A stretch of 64,000 nucleotides of DNA from positions 248,001 through 312,000 of the IMG/VR virus record IMGVR_UViG_3300033997_000478, one strand, 5' to 3'. Positions 44,473 to 53,672 of the stretch are shown here, piece by piece. The notes beneath the pieces are model-generated. The model was not told the DNA's origin and did no database searches. It was given only the letters and a program-made list of their open reading frames with translations. Position 1 is the first letter of the stretch, and each line of letters begins with the position of its first letter. The translations under genes and the position numbers were made by a program.

Positions 44473-46215
44473 TTACGGAGCCTGCGAGGTGAAGATGTGC
44501 ATGGTGAACACCTTACTCGCGCGGGTGGTGGAGTCGTCGGTGACAGCCACCTCGACCTGGATGTCGCCAGCGATCAGCGGGGTGCCGGTGAACTCGCCCG
44601 AGTTCGGATCGATCATGGCATTGGCGAACTTGCTGGTATCGGACACGCTGACCAGTTCGTACTCGAACGGCGCCTTACCACCGACCGCTTCGAAGGTCGT
44701 GCGGTAGTTGCCCAGACGGATGTCGGCATGCGGCATTGCCACCACGCCCACGGCGCCTTCGCTAGTGATCTGCAGTGCGTCGACGTTGGTCGGCGGGAAG
44801 TATTGCTGCACGGTGCGGCGGCTGGCCACCAGGTACTGCACGTTGAGGTGATTGGCCACCACGTACTGGAACACTTCGCCGGCATCGTTGGTGCGCTTGA
44901 CGCGGGTCATGTCTTGCGGCAGGTCCGAGAAGTCGGTCAGCTCTTCGGCCACCACCAACATGCGGTTGATCAGCACGATCCAGTCACGGGTCGGCTTGGA
45001 CATGCGCGAGAAGTCGGTGGAGCTGGTCGGTACGTTCAGGTAGTCGGGGAACTGCTCTTCAAAGCGGTTCACGCCTTCGCGGTTTTCCGGACCACCCACG
45101 ATCAACAGGCTCATCGACTTGTACGGGATGCCCGTGATGGCCAGGACCTTGTCGATATGGGCTTGGGTGTAAGCCGTGCCGATACTGGTGCGACGGGCCA
45201 TCTGCATACCGGCCACTGCGTTGACCACCGGCGAATGCATGCCGGCCAGCTGGGTCTTGTTGGGGATGGCGAAGAAGGACCAGCCAGGGGTGATCACGAA
45301 CTCGGTGCTGGTGAAGATGTCCGGGAAGATCACCGCCCATTCTTGACGGGTGTGGGTGGAGTTGGCCAGGATCCATTCGGCCAGACCGGCCTTGAGGGAG
45401 TCGACGTTGTCGCCAGCTGCACCCCAGATGATGAAGTTCCAGTTGGTGTCCAGCCGGTACGTACGATCGTTGGGATCGTGGTACTGGAAGGTCATCGCGG
45501 TGATCTTGGTCTCCGGATTCCCTTCCTTGGCCAGATGGATCTCGGTCTGCATCTGCGGGATGGTGCGCTCAGCGACCATGTCTGCCACCAACTCAGCGCG
45601 CTGGAAGAAGTCATCCAGACGACTGGTTGCCACCGGCGCCACGAACTCCAGCTCAAACTCGTCGTACTGGGTGCGGAAGGCCGAGTCGGCAAACCACAGC
45701 TTGATGCGCGAACGCTCCAGGTCTGCCAGCTCTTCCGGCGTCCATGCACTGCCCAGGGCCGCAGGCAGCAGGTAGAAGGACACGTTGGAGGGCAACCACA
45801 GACCGTTGTGGGTAACCATCTCGGCCACTTGTGCGTCGAGCACATAACCGTCGAATTCGGCCATGAAGCGCTGGCGGAAGGATTCGGTGGTGGGACCGAA
45901 AGCGCCGGCCGAAGCCTGCTCTTGGCTCCAGCGGATCACGCGCAGCAGGAAGTCGGAGTATTCGGTCGGAACGTCGTAGTAACGCTCACTGACGGTCTTG
46001 CTGGAAAACACCGACAGAGCCATCGGCACCGGGCTGCCGGAACTGCCGGCCGTGGTCGCATAGACCGCACGGTCAGTGGCGTAGGTGGCGCTCAGCAGGG
46101 ACAGCTCACCCAGGGGAGCAGTCTGGTGGCGCCCGTTGTCAGCGAACGAGCCGATAATTACAAAGCCCTTCAGGCTGTAAGTATCGGTTTGGGAATCATT
46201 GATGGGGTCACTCAC
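44473..46215 (-). CDS. Virion structural protein (580 aa) with a C-terminal Ig-like domain
   Basis: GTG start with GGAG RBS. C-terminal GGKAPF.Y...IDPNSGEFTGTP...VEVAVTD is He_PIG-like. Confidence 0.7.
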   Translation of the reverse strand: MSDPINDSQTDTYSLKGFVIIGSFADNGRHQTAPLGELSLLSATYATDRAVYATTAGSSGSPVPMALSVFSSKTVSERYYDVPTEYSDFLLRVIRWSQEQASAGAFGPTTESFRQRFMAEFDGYVLDAQVAEMVTHNGLWLPSNVSFYLLPAALGSAWTPEELADLERSRIKLWFADSAFRTQYDEFELEFVAPVATSRLDDFFQRAELVADMVAERTIPQMQTEIHLAKEGNPETKITAMTFQYHDPNDRTYRLDTNWNFIIWGAAGDNVDSLKAGLAEWILANSTHTRQEWAVIFPDIFTSTEFVITPGWSFFAIPNKTQLAGMHSPVVNAVAGMQMARRTSIGTAYTQAHIDKVLAITGIPYKSMSLLIVGGPENREGVNRFEEQFPDYLNVPTSSTDFSRMSKPTRDWIVLINRMLVVAEELTDFSDLPQDMTRVKRTNDAGEVFQYVVANHLNVQYLVASRRTVQQYFPPTNVDALQITSEGAVGVVAMPHADIRLGNYRTTFEAVGGKAPFEYELVSVSDTSKFANAMIDPNSGEFTGTPLIAGDIQVEVAVTDDSTTRASKVFTMHIFTSQAP

Positions 46216-46247
46216 GTGGGTCGCTCCAATGGTTGGGATCGAGTTAA

Positions 46248-46272
46248 TCTATGACGGAACTCTATACCATAA
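46248..46272. promoter_or_regulatory. Divergent late-promoter candidates (CTATGA on +, TACCATAA = TTATGGTA on -)
   Basis: Same TACCATAA 8-mer as at 37239, again in a divergent intergenic gap. Confidence 0.4.
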
Positions 46273-46288
46273 ACCCACGGGCACACCA

Positions 46289-46876
46289 ATGACTTTCCTT
46301 AGTGTACTTATCGCCCTGTTCCGGGAGGTGATGCCTTTCATCAAGGAGGCCCTGCTTGAGGGGCAAACTTTCGGGGCGTGGCTTCGCAACAATTGGATGA
46401 CCTTCACCGCCTTGGTGGTGGTGACGGTCTTGACCTTCAATACGGCCTATCTGGTGGATTCCTTTCACCGCGAGCGCAAGGAGCGCCAGGTCACTGAAAC
46501 GGTGGTGCGTGAACTCAAAGCACCGCTGAGTTTTGTCCAGGTGCGTCTGCAACGCCTGATGGACCAGAATGCGTATTTGCGTGGTGAGAACAAGCGACTG
46601 TCTGAACAGATCGTAACCCTCACCGCCAACAGCAGTGAACAAGCGACCAAGCTTCAGCAGTACGAAAAGTGGATGAAAGCTTGCGGTGTGGATCCCAATC
46701 GCGGCGGGCAGTGTCGGGCGCAAGTCTCGGCAACGCCCAAGCGTCGGGCACCGACCCCCAAGCCCAAGCCTGACTTGAATGTCATCCCGCCTCCCGATCC
46801 TCCGCCCAAAGAGGGAAAGCGTGGTTTCTGGAAGAGCCTGCGCGATGCCTTGAGCGGAAAGAAGAACGACGAATGA
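46289..46876 (+). CDS. Probable inner-membrane spanin subunit (i-spanin), 195 aa
   Basis: TM helix (WMTFTALVVVTVLTFNTAYLV), then a coiled coil, a Cys pair and a Pro-rich tail. ATGA overlap with a lipoprotein gene. Confidence 0.6.
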   Translation: MTFLSVLIALFREVMPFIKEALLEGQTFGAWLRNNWMTFTALVVVTVLTFNTAYLVDSFHRERKERQVTETVVRELKAPLSFVQVRLQRLMDQNAYLRGENKRLSEQIVTLTANSSEQATKLQQYEKWMKACGVDPNRGGQCRAQVSATPKRRAPTPKPKPDLNVIPPPDPPPKEGKRGFWKSLRDALSGKKNDE

Positions 46877-47178
46877 AAACCTCGCTGCTGATTCTGCCGC
46901 TGTTGCTCACGGGTTGTGTGACCATCACCATGCCGCCCGTGCAGCAACAAGCAGTCCAAAACGACAAACCGGTCAGCACCTGTCCGGTCTATCAACGTCC
47001 CAGTCGCGAAGCCCTACCCACCAGCCCAGATCTGGATCCGTCAGAGATGGCGGATCTGGAAGCTGTGGGTTTGAAACTGGCCAAGCACATCCGCAGGCTC
47101 TACGACTACATCGACGCTGGCGAACGGGAAGAGGCCAAGTCCTACAGTCGCTATCTGGAAAACTGCAAGACGGAGTAA
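46873..47178 (+). CDS. Probable outer-membrane spanin lipoprotein (o-spanin), 101 aa
   Basis: Signal peptide II MKTSLLILPLLLTG-C lipobox, Pro-rich region, and extra Cys residues. Confidence 0.7.
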   Translation: MKTSLLILPLLLTGCVTITMPPVQQQAVQNDKPVSTCPVYQRPSREALPTSPDLDPSEMADLEAVGLKLAKHIRRLYDYIDAGEREEAKSYSRYLENCKTE

Positions 47179-47230
47179 ATCTGAACTCAGGGCCGCAATC
47201 CTACGATAGTTTGACCGCAACGGATCTTTC

Positions 47231-48730
47231 ATGAGCAACGAATCAATCAAGCCGACCCATGGCGTGTTCTACGGTGACGGCGGGTGCGACAACCCCACCA
47301 TCGCAGGCTACGGCATCCATGCCTACCTGTTCACCAATGAGCCGGCCAAGCAGGGTACCGGTAACCCGAAAGCGTTGCCCACCTCTAAGTGTTACGAGAT
47401 GGGGGGTTCGGGTAAGCCGGAGATCACCCTGACCCACTACATCGATGGGTTCTCTTCGATTACCCAGAATGCCACCAACAACGTGGCAGAGCTGGGCGCC
47501 GGCATCAAGGTGCTGGAGATGACCAAGGAATGGGGCTTGAAGCACACCACCATGGTCTTTGACAGCAAGTACGTGCTCGACGGCTTTGACAAGTGGATGC
47601 ATGACTGGAGCAAGAACAATTGGGTCAAGCCCGACGGTTCGCCGCGCTCCAATGCTGACCTGTGGAAGCGCATGCTCGAACTGAAGCAGGAACTGAAGGA
47701 CGCTGGTGTGGAAGTCAAGACCCATTGGGTCAAGGGCCACAGCGGTGAACTCGGCAACGAGCGTGCTGACTCCCTGGCTGGTTGGGGTAAGATGGCTGCA
47801 CGCAATGGTGCGCCCACCACCCGCTTCAACGTCAAAGAAGCCAAGGGCTACTGGTCGCCCAAGAGTGAGCGCAACCGCATGCTCTCACTGCCCAACTGGT
47901 ATTTCGCTGCCTTCACCGATAAGGATGTAGAGAAGTCCAAGTGTGGGCGCCACGTCTACAGCTGCGGCACGATCCGCGAAAAGTCCGAACTGATCGGCAA
48001 GGCGATCTCCGATGCCTCCTTCTCTGTGTCCTACCTGCGCGAACGCGATGAGGTGTTGGACATCGTGATGGCTGGTGCTGAGGATCTCTACGTCGGTCGC
48101 CCGCAGGGTGTGTTCATCGCTTACCTCGATCTGATCTTCAAGCCTGCGATGTACGAACAGCTGGCCGACTACGGTCGCATCCTGCTGATCCAAGACCGTC
48201 GTGGTCGTCACCTGTCCACCAAGGTGAAGGTCAACCGCAACAACGAGGTCAAGGAAGAAGTACTGCCGGTGTTGGAAGAGGTGGACCCACCGGGTCTGTC
48301 CTTCCGTTTGATCGATCACCTCGGTCAGCTGCGCGATCGTCTGGACTCCTACTTGGAGCCGAAGGAAGGTGGTGAGATGCGAATCAATGACATCACACAC
48401 CTAATCTATGAGATTGGCGAGTCCAAGGGTAAAACCACCGTCAAGCTCAATCCGAAAACGATCACCACAGCAACGCGGTCGATCGAGGTCGATGGCTCCT
48501 ATGCCAAGGATGCAGGTGAAGACGGGATGATGAAGTTCCTGTTGACGCTCGCTCAAGACCTCCCCGATCGCAACACTCTCAATGCGCTTGGCGTGGAGGG
48601 GGTGAAGGTGTCCCTGCTGACCTGGCCGGAATCAGGTATGGCGGTGCGCTTTGCTACCGTGATCGAGGCCAACGGCGACGTGGGCATCTGGGCCGGTCCG
48701 TACTCCAACCTCCAGATTGTCCCGATCTAA
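47231..48730 (+). CDS. rnhA: Ribonuclease HI with a long C-terminal extension (phiKZ gp155-like), 499 aa
   Basis: YGDGG, NNVAEL, DSKYV and WVKGHSG..GNERAD catalytic motifs. Confidence 0.9.
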   Translation: MSNESIKPTHGVFYGDGGCDNPTIAGYGIHAYLFTNEPAKQGTGNPKALPTSKCYEMGGSGKPEITLTHYIDGFSSITQNATNNVAELGAGIKVLEMTKEWGLKHTTMVFDSKYVLDGFDKWMHDWSKNNWVKPDGSPRSNADLWKRMLELKQELKDAGVEVKTHWVKGHSGELGNERADSLAGWGKMAARNGAPTTRFNVKEAKGYWSPKSERNRMLSLPNWYFAAFTDKDVEKSKCGRHVYSCGTIREKSELIGKAISDASFSVSYLRERDEVLDIVMAGAEDLYVGRPQGVFIAYLDLIFKPAMYEQLADYGRILLIQDRRGRHLSTKVKVNRNNEVKEEVLPVLEEVDPPGLSFRLIDHLGQLRDRLDSYLEPKEGGEMRINDITHLIYEIGESKGKTTVKLNPKTITTATRSIEVDGSYAKDAGEDGMMKFLLTLAQDLPDRNTLNALGVEGVKVSLLTWPESGMAVRFATVIEANGDVGIWAGPYSNLQIVPI

Positions 48731-48752
48731 ACTTCGATCTCAGGGGTCAACG

Positions 48753-49214
48753 ATGAACAGTACAACGAGTCTACACCGAGGAAACACCCACTCGGTTGGG
48801 ACAGTGCTGAAGTACATGCTGTCCAAGCTCGTTTCACAACACGTCAAGCGCATCGTCGCCATGAGCTCCTTGGCTGCCAAGTGCAACCGCCTGGGGCGAC
48901 TGGAACGCGAAGGTATCGATCGCCTCAACGCCCTGCTGGTGCTGACCATCCAAGGGCGGCAGGATGCGCTCGTGGCTCCTTCGAAGTTGAAAGACTTCGT
49001 CTGGGGCAAGACCAAGCTTGATGAAGTTCTTACTCCTGAAGTGCTCAGCCGGCCGATGTCTGAAGAGCAGGCTCGTGAGATCTCTCTGCGTATCGTGGAT
49101 CTCACTCCGATGTGGTTGCGCTACGGCAAACCGCTCATGCTCGAAGACATCTACAAGCTGGTGCGCGAAATCTGTCAGGAGAACTCCCGCAATCACGTGG
49201 CGTGCGCCGCCTGA
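48753..49214 (+). CDS. Hypothetical protein (153 aa)
   Basis: AGGGG RBS. Fills the gap to the convergent hairpin. Start uncertain. Confidence 0.65.
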   Translation: MNSTTSLHRGNTHSVGTVLKYMLSKLVSQHVKRIVAMSSLAAKCNRLGRLEREGIDRLNALLVLTIQGRQDALVAPSKLKDFVWGKTKLDEVLTPEVLSRPMSEEQAREISLRIVDLTPMWLRYGKPLMLEDIYKLVREICQENSRNHVACAA

Positions 49215-49227
49215 TATGGGAAAGCAG

Positions 49228-49263
49228 CATAAGCCCCCGCCCGTGATGGGCGGGGGCGCTATG
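49228..49263. terminator. CATAA..CTATG-flanked hairpin at a convergent junction (reverse orientation)
   Basis: CATAA-GCCCCCGCCC-GTGAT-GGGCGGGGGC-G-CTATG. Confidence 0.8.
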
Positions 49264-49274
49264 CCGTCGATTAC

Positions 49275-50918
49275 TTAGTGGACGATCGAGTCGTTCATCC
49301 ACAGCACCAGCGTATCTTCGATACGACGCAGGTAGCTGTACAGTTCACCGAGGTACTCTTCCGGACGACCGGCGTCGGCGCCGCGGTAGGTCAGCTCTTC
49401 GAACTGCCATGCCACGAACTGGCCCGGTTCTTCATCGCGCTCTTGCAGACGGGCGAGGACACGACTGGCGTCGTCATCGTCCATGTCCGGAGCTTCCATG
49501 TAGGGCTCCTCCAGACTCACCCCATCGGCGAGCTCGTCCAGCTCCGAGCGCAGCTTGAGGATAACCTCCAGCTCTTCAGCATTGGCGATCGCCGGGAACT
49601 TGCCGCCCAAGCGGGCCGGATGGATCACGCGGTACCAGGGCTTCTCTTGCCCATCCTTGAGGCAGAACACTGCATCACCGACCAGACCCAGCGGACCGTC
49701 CTTGAAGTAGACGTTGGGGGTGTTGATCGCCTTGAACAGCGGCAGCAGCTTCTGGTCGCACGCCTTGTAGAAGGCTTGCTCATCCTGGATGCGATCCACT
49801 TCTTGGATGGCACGCTTCAACTTGGCCACGTGCTGCTTGCCGGCCAGGGTCAGGCTGTTCTTCAGCTTGTTGACCTTGGCGACGGTATCGGCCATCACCT
49901 TCTCACGCGTGGCCGGATTCTCCAAGCCAACCAGATACGCAGTGCCTTCCGGCGCCAGCTGGATCGGGCCGCTCTTGAACTTCAGATTGGCTCGCGACTC
50001 CTTGCTCATCTTCAGGATGGAGACCGTCTTGGTGGTCTGGTTGCTCGACGGCTTGGAACGGAAGATGTCGAACAGACCTTCCATCGATACGCGCTGACCC
50101 TTCAGGTAGTGACTCATCACCATCTGGTTGTCGGAGATCGAACGCAGGTATTGGTCCACGCGGCTGCGCAGCACGCCGTAGAACTCGATCTGTTCGGCCA
50201 CGCCGATGACGACCTTGCTCAGCTGTTCGGTGGTGACCGAGGACAGCTTGTACTCTTCCGGCGCTTCACCGATGCGCTTGGCCAGCAGGCGCAGCGAATA
50301 GGTCAGTTCAGCCTGCTTCTTGCAGACCTTCTCGTAGTTGCCGTTGGCGTAGACGGTGTTGATCTTGCGCACGGTATCGGCAATGCCCTTCCAGTCGGAC
50401 TGGCGAGCGATCACTTCGCCGTAGATCGGCACGCGGGTGTCGGCCTTGTCCGGGAAGAAACGATCCAGGCGCTTGTTGAGCGCATCGATCGGCATGTCGT
50501 GCAGACCCGGCACCTTCAGGGTGTTGGTCAGGGACTTCAGCGAGTTGGGGTCACCCAGGCGGCCGTTGACCCAGCTGTCCAGCGGGACCAGCACCTTGTC
50601 GTGCAGGGCGTCCATGTCTTCGGACGCAGCCAGCAGTGCGGTGCCGTAGTCGAGCAGGTTGCCCTTGAAGTTCTCCGGAGCGGAGATCTTGATGGCGCGC
50701 ATTTCGCTGTAGTTCTTGCGCTGCAACTCGTTGGCGACCCAGTTCAGGTCCTTGGTTGCAAACGCATTGGAGAGGGGCTGGAACACATTGCGGTTGAGAT
50801 ATTCGGCGGCCGACTCCAGGAAAGTCGGGATGCGCTCAGCTGCCTTGTCGGCAGCCTCGAGTCCAGACGCCGCCTCCATGGAGATGGACATCGCATTTTC
50901 GCGCAGGTCGTGAAGCAT
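49275..50918 (-). CDS. Internal head protein candidate (547 aa) with S-x-E prohead protease sites
   Basis: Start ATG 50918 (GGAG RBS). Motifs ISME/AA, VSME/GL and VSLE. phiKZ-type head protease cuts after S/A/G-x-E. Confidence 0.6.
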   Translation of the reverse strand: MLHDLRENAMSISMEAASGLEAADKAAERIPTFLESAAEYLNRNVFQPLSNAFATKDLNWVANELQRKNYSEMRAIKISAPENFKGNLLDYGTALLAASEDMDALHDKVLVPLDSWVNGRLGDPNSLKSLTNTLKVPGLHDMPIDALNKRLDRFFPDKADTRVPIYGEVIARQSDWKGIADTVRKINTVYANGNYEKVCKKQAELTYSLRLLAKRIGEAPEEYKLSSVTTEQLSKVVIGVAEQIEFYGVLRSRVDQYLRSISDNQMVMSHYLKGQRVSMEGLFDIFRSKPSSNQTTKTVSILKMSKESRANLKFKSGPIQLAPEGTAYLVGLENPATREKVMADTVAKVNKLKNSLTLAGKQHVAKLKRAIQEVDRIQDEQAFYKACDQKLLPLFKAINTPNVYFKDGPLGLVGDAVFCLKDGQEKPWYRVIHPARLGGKFPAIANAEELEVILKLRSELDELADGVSLEEPYMEAPDMDDDDASRVLARLQERDEEPGQFVAWQFEELTYRGADAGRPEEYLGELYSYLRRIEDTLVLWMNDSIVH

Positions 50919-51095
50919 AAAAGACTCCAAAGAAAGAATGGGGCGCTGACACTTTAGTCATAGACTAAGGTACAGCCTCTATGTGTTTTTTACGTAAGGG
51001 TGGGATTGTTTGACTGAATGCCGCTAAGCGTTTAAATACATCTACCCGGCTGATAGTTTGACCCCAACCACCCGTCTTACAGGGACTACAAGAAA

Positions 51096-52055
51096 ATGTT
51101 CGAACCCACCAGTTTTGCCGACCGCCGCGCCAACCTCAACGAGACCATGATGCACCGCATGCTGGCCGTCCAGCTGCGTCTGGGCCAGAAGCTGCAGAAC
51201 CCGGTGCTGCGCCGCGACGCACAGGGCAACCCGCAGACCGAACTGCAGTGCCATCAGGAAGCCAACAGCCAGCTCCAGTACCACTTCCAGGACTACAGCC
51301 GCCGCATGCAGCAGCTGCGCGACCAGTACGCCGCAGAAGTGCTCGGCCCGGTCGTCGAAGCCGAAGGCCAGACCCTGGTCAACGTGCCGATCATGCTGGA
51401 CCTGATCAAGAACAACCTGGGCAAGGCGTGGTTCCTCGGCACCGAGAACGCCTCGCAGGCCGCTGACGGCACCGTCGGCACCGCCGGCTTCGGCATCAAG
51501 TACAAGGACTGGGTCGAGAGCCTGCCGGACCTGGACGACTCGCTGACCGATGACATCCAGAGCGGCTTCTACAAGGACGGCCTGAGCGGCATTGGCATCC
51601 CGGTGGCATCGCTGGTCATCCGCCACGGCGATGAAGTGCTGTCCATCGTGTTCACCGGCCAGTTCGGCGCCTCCGTGGTCAACCTGGCCCACACCAAGCT
51701 GCGCCAGGGTGCACTGCGCAGTGAGCAGTACAGCTACCGCCAGAACGTCCCGCTGGACGTGTTCGTCGCTGAATTCGACAAGGCCCTGCGCGCTGCCGGC
51801 GTGGCCGATACCTACCGCTTCGTCACCGCCGAGCCGGCCGTGGAAGAAGCTCCGGCCGTGACCAACGGTTTCGTGGCTACCGAAGAAGCGCTGGCCGCTG
51901 CCGCTGAAGCCGCGCCGGCCACCGTGACCACCACTGCCGGCGATGAACAGCCGGTCTACGTGGCCACCGAAGGCGGCCGTAGCGGCGATGCGCCGATCGT
52001 CCAGGTCGATGAAGCCGGTCACACCGTGGCTGCTGAAGAGCAGTCGCAGCAGTAA
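51096..52055 (+). CDS. Hypothetical protein (319 aa) with a Gln-rich N-terminus and an acidic Ala-rich tail
   Basis: Strong codon bias, AGGGA upstream, followed by a UUCG hairpin. Confidence 0.8.
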   Translation: MFEPTSFADRRANLNETMMHRMLAVQLRLGQKLQNPVLRRDAQGNPQTELQCHQEANSQLQYHFQDYSRRMQQLRDQYAAEVLGPVVEAEGQTLVNVPIMLDLIKNNLGKAWFLGTENASQAADGTVGTAGFGIKYKDWVESLPDLDDSLTDDIQSGFYKDGLSGIGIPVASLVIRHGDEVLSIVFTGQFGASVVNLAHTKLRQGALRSEQYSYRQNVPLDVFVAEFDKALRAAGVADTYRFVTAEPAVEEAPAVTNGFVATEEALAAAAEAAPATVTTTAGDEQPVYVATEGGRSGDAPIVQVDEAGHTVAAEEQSQQ

Positions 52056-52064
52056 TCACTCGTT

Positions 52065-52084
52065 CCCCCGCCTTCGGGCGGGGG
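52065..52084 (+). terminator. GC hairpin with a core identical to the 3761-3780 element
   Basis: CCCCCGCC-TTCG-GGCGGGGG followed by TCTT. Confidence 0.6.
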
Positions 52085-52110
52085 TCTTCCCCAACTTCTT
52101 CGAGTGAGTC

Positions 52111-53598
52111 ATGAGTCTTAAGAACTTCTTCAAGAAGGCCCCCTCGCTGCGCCCGCAGTTGAACGTGGGCAGCCTGATCGATCAGCCCAACGGTCGCTAC
52201 TACATCGGCGAACGTGGTGAATCGATCCTCAACGGTGGTCTGGCCTTCTTCACCGGCGTGGCCGGTAAGGGCAACACCTTCAAATCCACCATGATGCATT
52301 ACTTCATGCTGGTCGTTCTCAACCGCTATTCCAGCGCGGTTGCCAACGTGTACGACACCGAGATGTCGCTGACCAACGAGCGCCTGTACCAGCTGGCCCA
52401 GCACATGGACTACATCAACGGCGTCGATCTGGAGAAGGAAGATCGTCTGCTGATCACCGACTCCACCGCCATGATGGGCGATGACTGGTTCGAGGCGCTC
52501 AAGGCCTTCGCTGACGAACGTCAGAAGAAGGAGAACGTCAAGCAGTTCGTGCGCACCACGCCATTCATCAACCGCGAGAATGGCAAGTTGTTCACGATGC
52601 TCTCGCCGGTGCTGGGTGAAATCGACTCGCTGTCGATGTTCGTCACCAAGACCACGGCCGATGTGTTCGACAAGGTCGAGATCGGCAACAGCGCCACCAA
52701 CATGAGCGCCATGTCCGACGCCCGTGTCAAGTCGCAGATGCTCCAGCAGCTGCCGACCTTCACTGCGGCCAACAGCTTCTTCGTGATGGCTTCGGCCCAC
52801 GTGGGCAAGCAGCACGTACTGGACAAATACGCCCCGCCGAACAAGCAGCTTCAGGGCCTGAAGGGCGACAACGCCTTCAAGAACGTGCCGGAGAAGTTCT
52901 CCTTCCTGACCAACAACCTGTTCTTCGTTCATTCGGCCGAAATCCTGATGACCGCCGACAAGTCCGGTTGTGAGTTCCCGAAGGACAAGGACGACAAGCT
53001 CAAGGGCGATACCGACCTTCAGCTGCTGACCGTCCAGAACCTGCGTGCGAAGAACGGCCCCACCGGCATGCCCTTCCAGCTGATCGTCTCGCAGAGCGAA
53101 GGCGTGCTGATGAGCCTGTCTGAGTTCCACCTGATCAAGTCGCTGGACCGCTACGGCCTGCAAGGCAACTTGCAGAACTATGCGCTGGTCCTGCTGCCCG
53201 ACGTGGCCCTCTCGCGCACCACCGTGCGCGGTAAGCTCGACGCCAACCCGAAGCTGCGCCGTGCCATGGAGATCACCGCCGAGCTGGCGATGATGTACCA
53301 CATCGGCTACCGCGACGAGAACACCGTCGAGAAGGCCTCGGACATGGACGAAGAGCTTGACCGCGATCTGGCCTGCACCGCCGAAGAACTGTACGCAGAT
53401 CTGAAGGCGAAAGGTTATGACTGGGACGAACTCCTTGCCACGCGCGGTTACTGGGTGTTCAAGGAAGACGAGAAGGACCTTCCGCCCTTCCTGTCCACCA
53501 TGGACCTGCTGCGCATGCGCGCCGGTCTGTACCATCCGTACTGGATGGAAAAGCCCAAGAAGGCGAAGGCTACCGAGAAGGTTGCTGAGGCCGCTTAA
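52111..53598 (+). CDS. uvsX: UvsX/RecA-like recombinase (phiKZ gp152-like), 495 aa
   Basis: Walker A GKGNTFKS, YDTE motif, Walker B GEIDSLS, and KNGPTG. Confidence 0.8.
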   Translation: MSLKNFFKKAPSLRPQLNVGSLIDQPNGRYYIGERGESILNGGLAFFTGVAGKGNTFKSTMMHYFMLVVLNRYSSAVANVYDTEMSLTNERLYQLAQHMDYINGVDLEKEDRLLITDSTAMMGDDWFEALKAFADERQKKENVKQFVRTTPFINRENGKLFTMLSPVLGEIDSLSMFVTKTTADVFDKVEIGNSATNMSAMSDARVKSQMLQQLPTFTAANSFFVMASAHVGKQHVLDKYAPPNKQLQGLKGDNAFKNVPEKFSFLTNNLFFVHSAEILMTADKSGCEFPKDKDDKLKGDTDLQLLTVQNLRAKNGPTGMPFQLIVSQSEGVLMSLSEFHLIKSLDRYGLQGNLQNYALVLLPDVALSRTTVRGKLDANPKLRRAMEITAELAMMYHIGYRDENTVEKASDMDEELDRDLACTAEELYADLKAKGYDWDELLATRGYWVFKEDEKDLPPFLSTMDLLRMRAGLYHPYWMEKPKKAKATEKVAEAA

Positions 53599-53602
53599 TT
53601 AG

Positions 53603-53658
53603 GGTCATCGGGGTTTCCTGATGGCCGTCTGAATGCGCCCCACCTTCGGGTGGGGCAA
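53603..53658 (+). other. Tandem stem-loops 3' of the recombinase gene
   Basis: GGTCATCGGG-GTTT-CCTGATGGCC (G.U pairs on +) and GCCCCACC-TTCG-GGTGGGGC. No U-tract. Confidence 0.55.
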
Positions 53659-53672
53659 CGAGAGAACCCATC

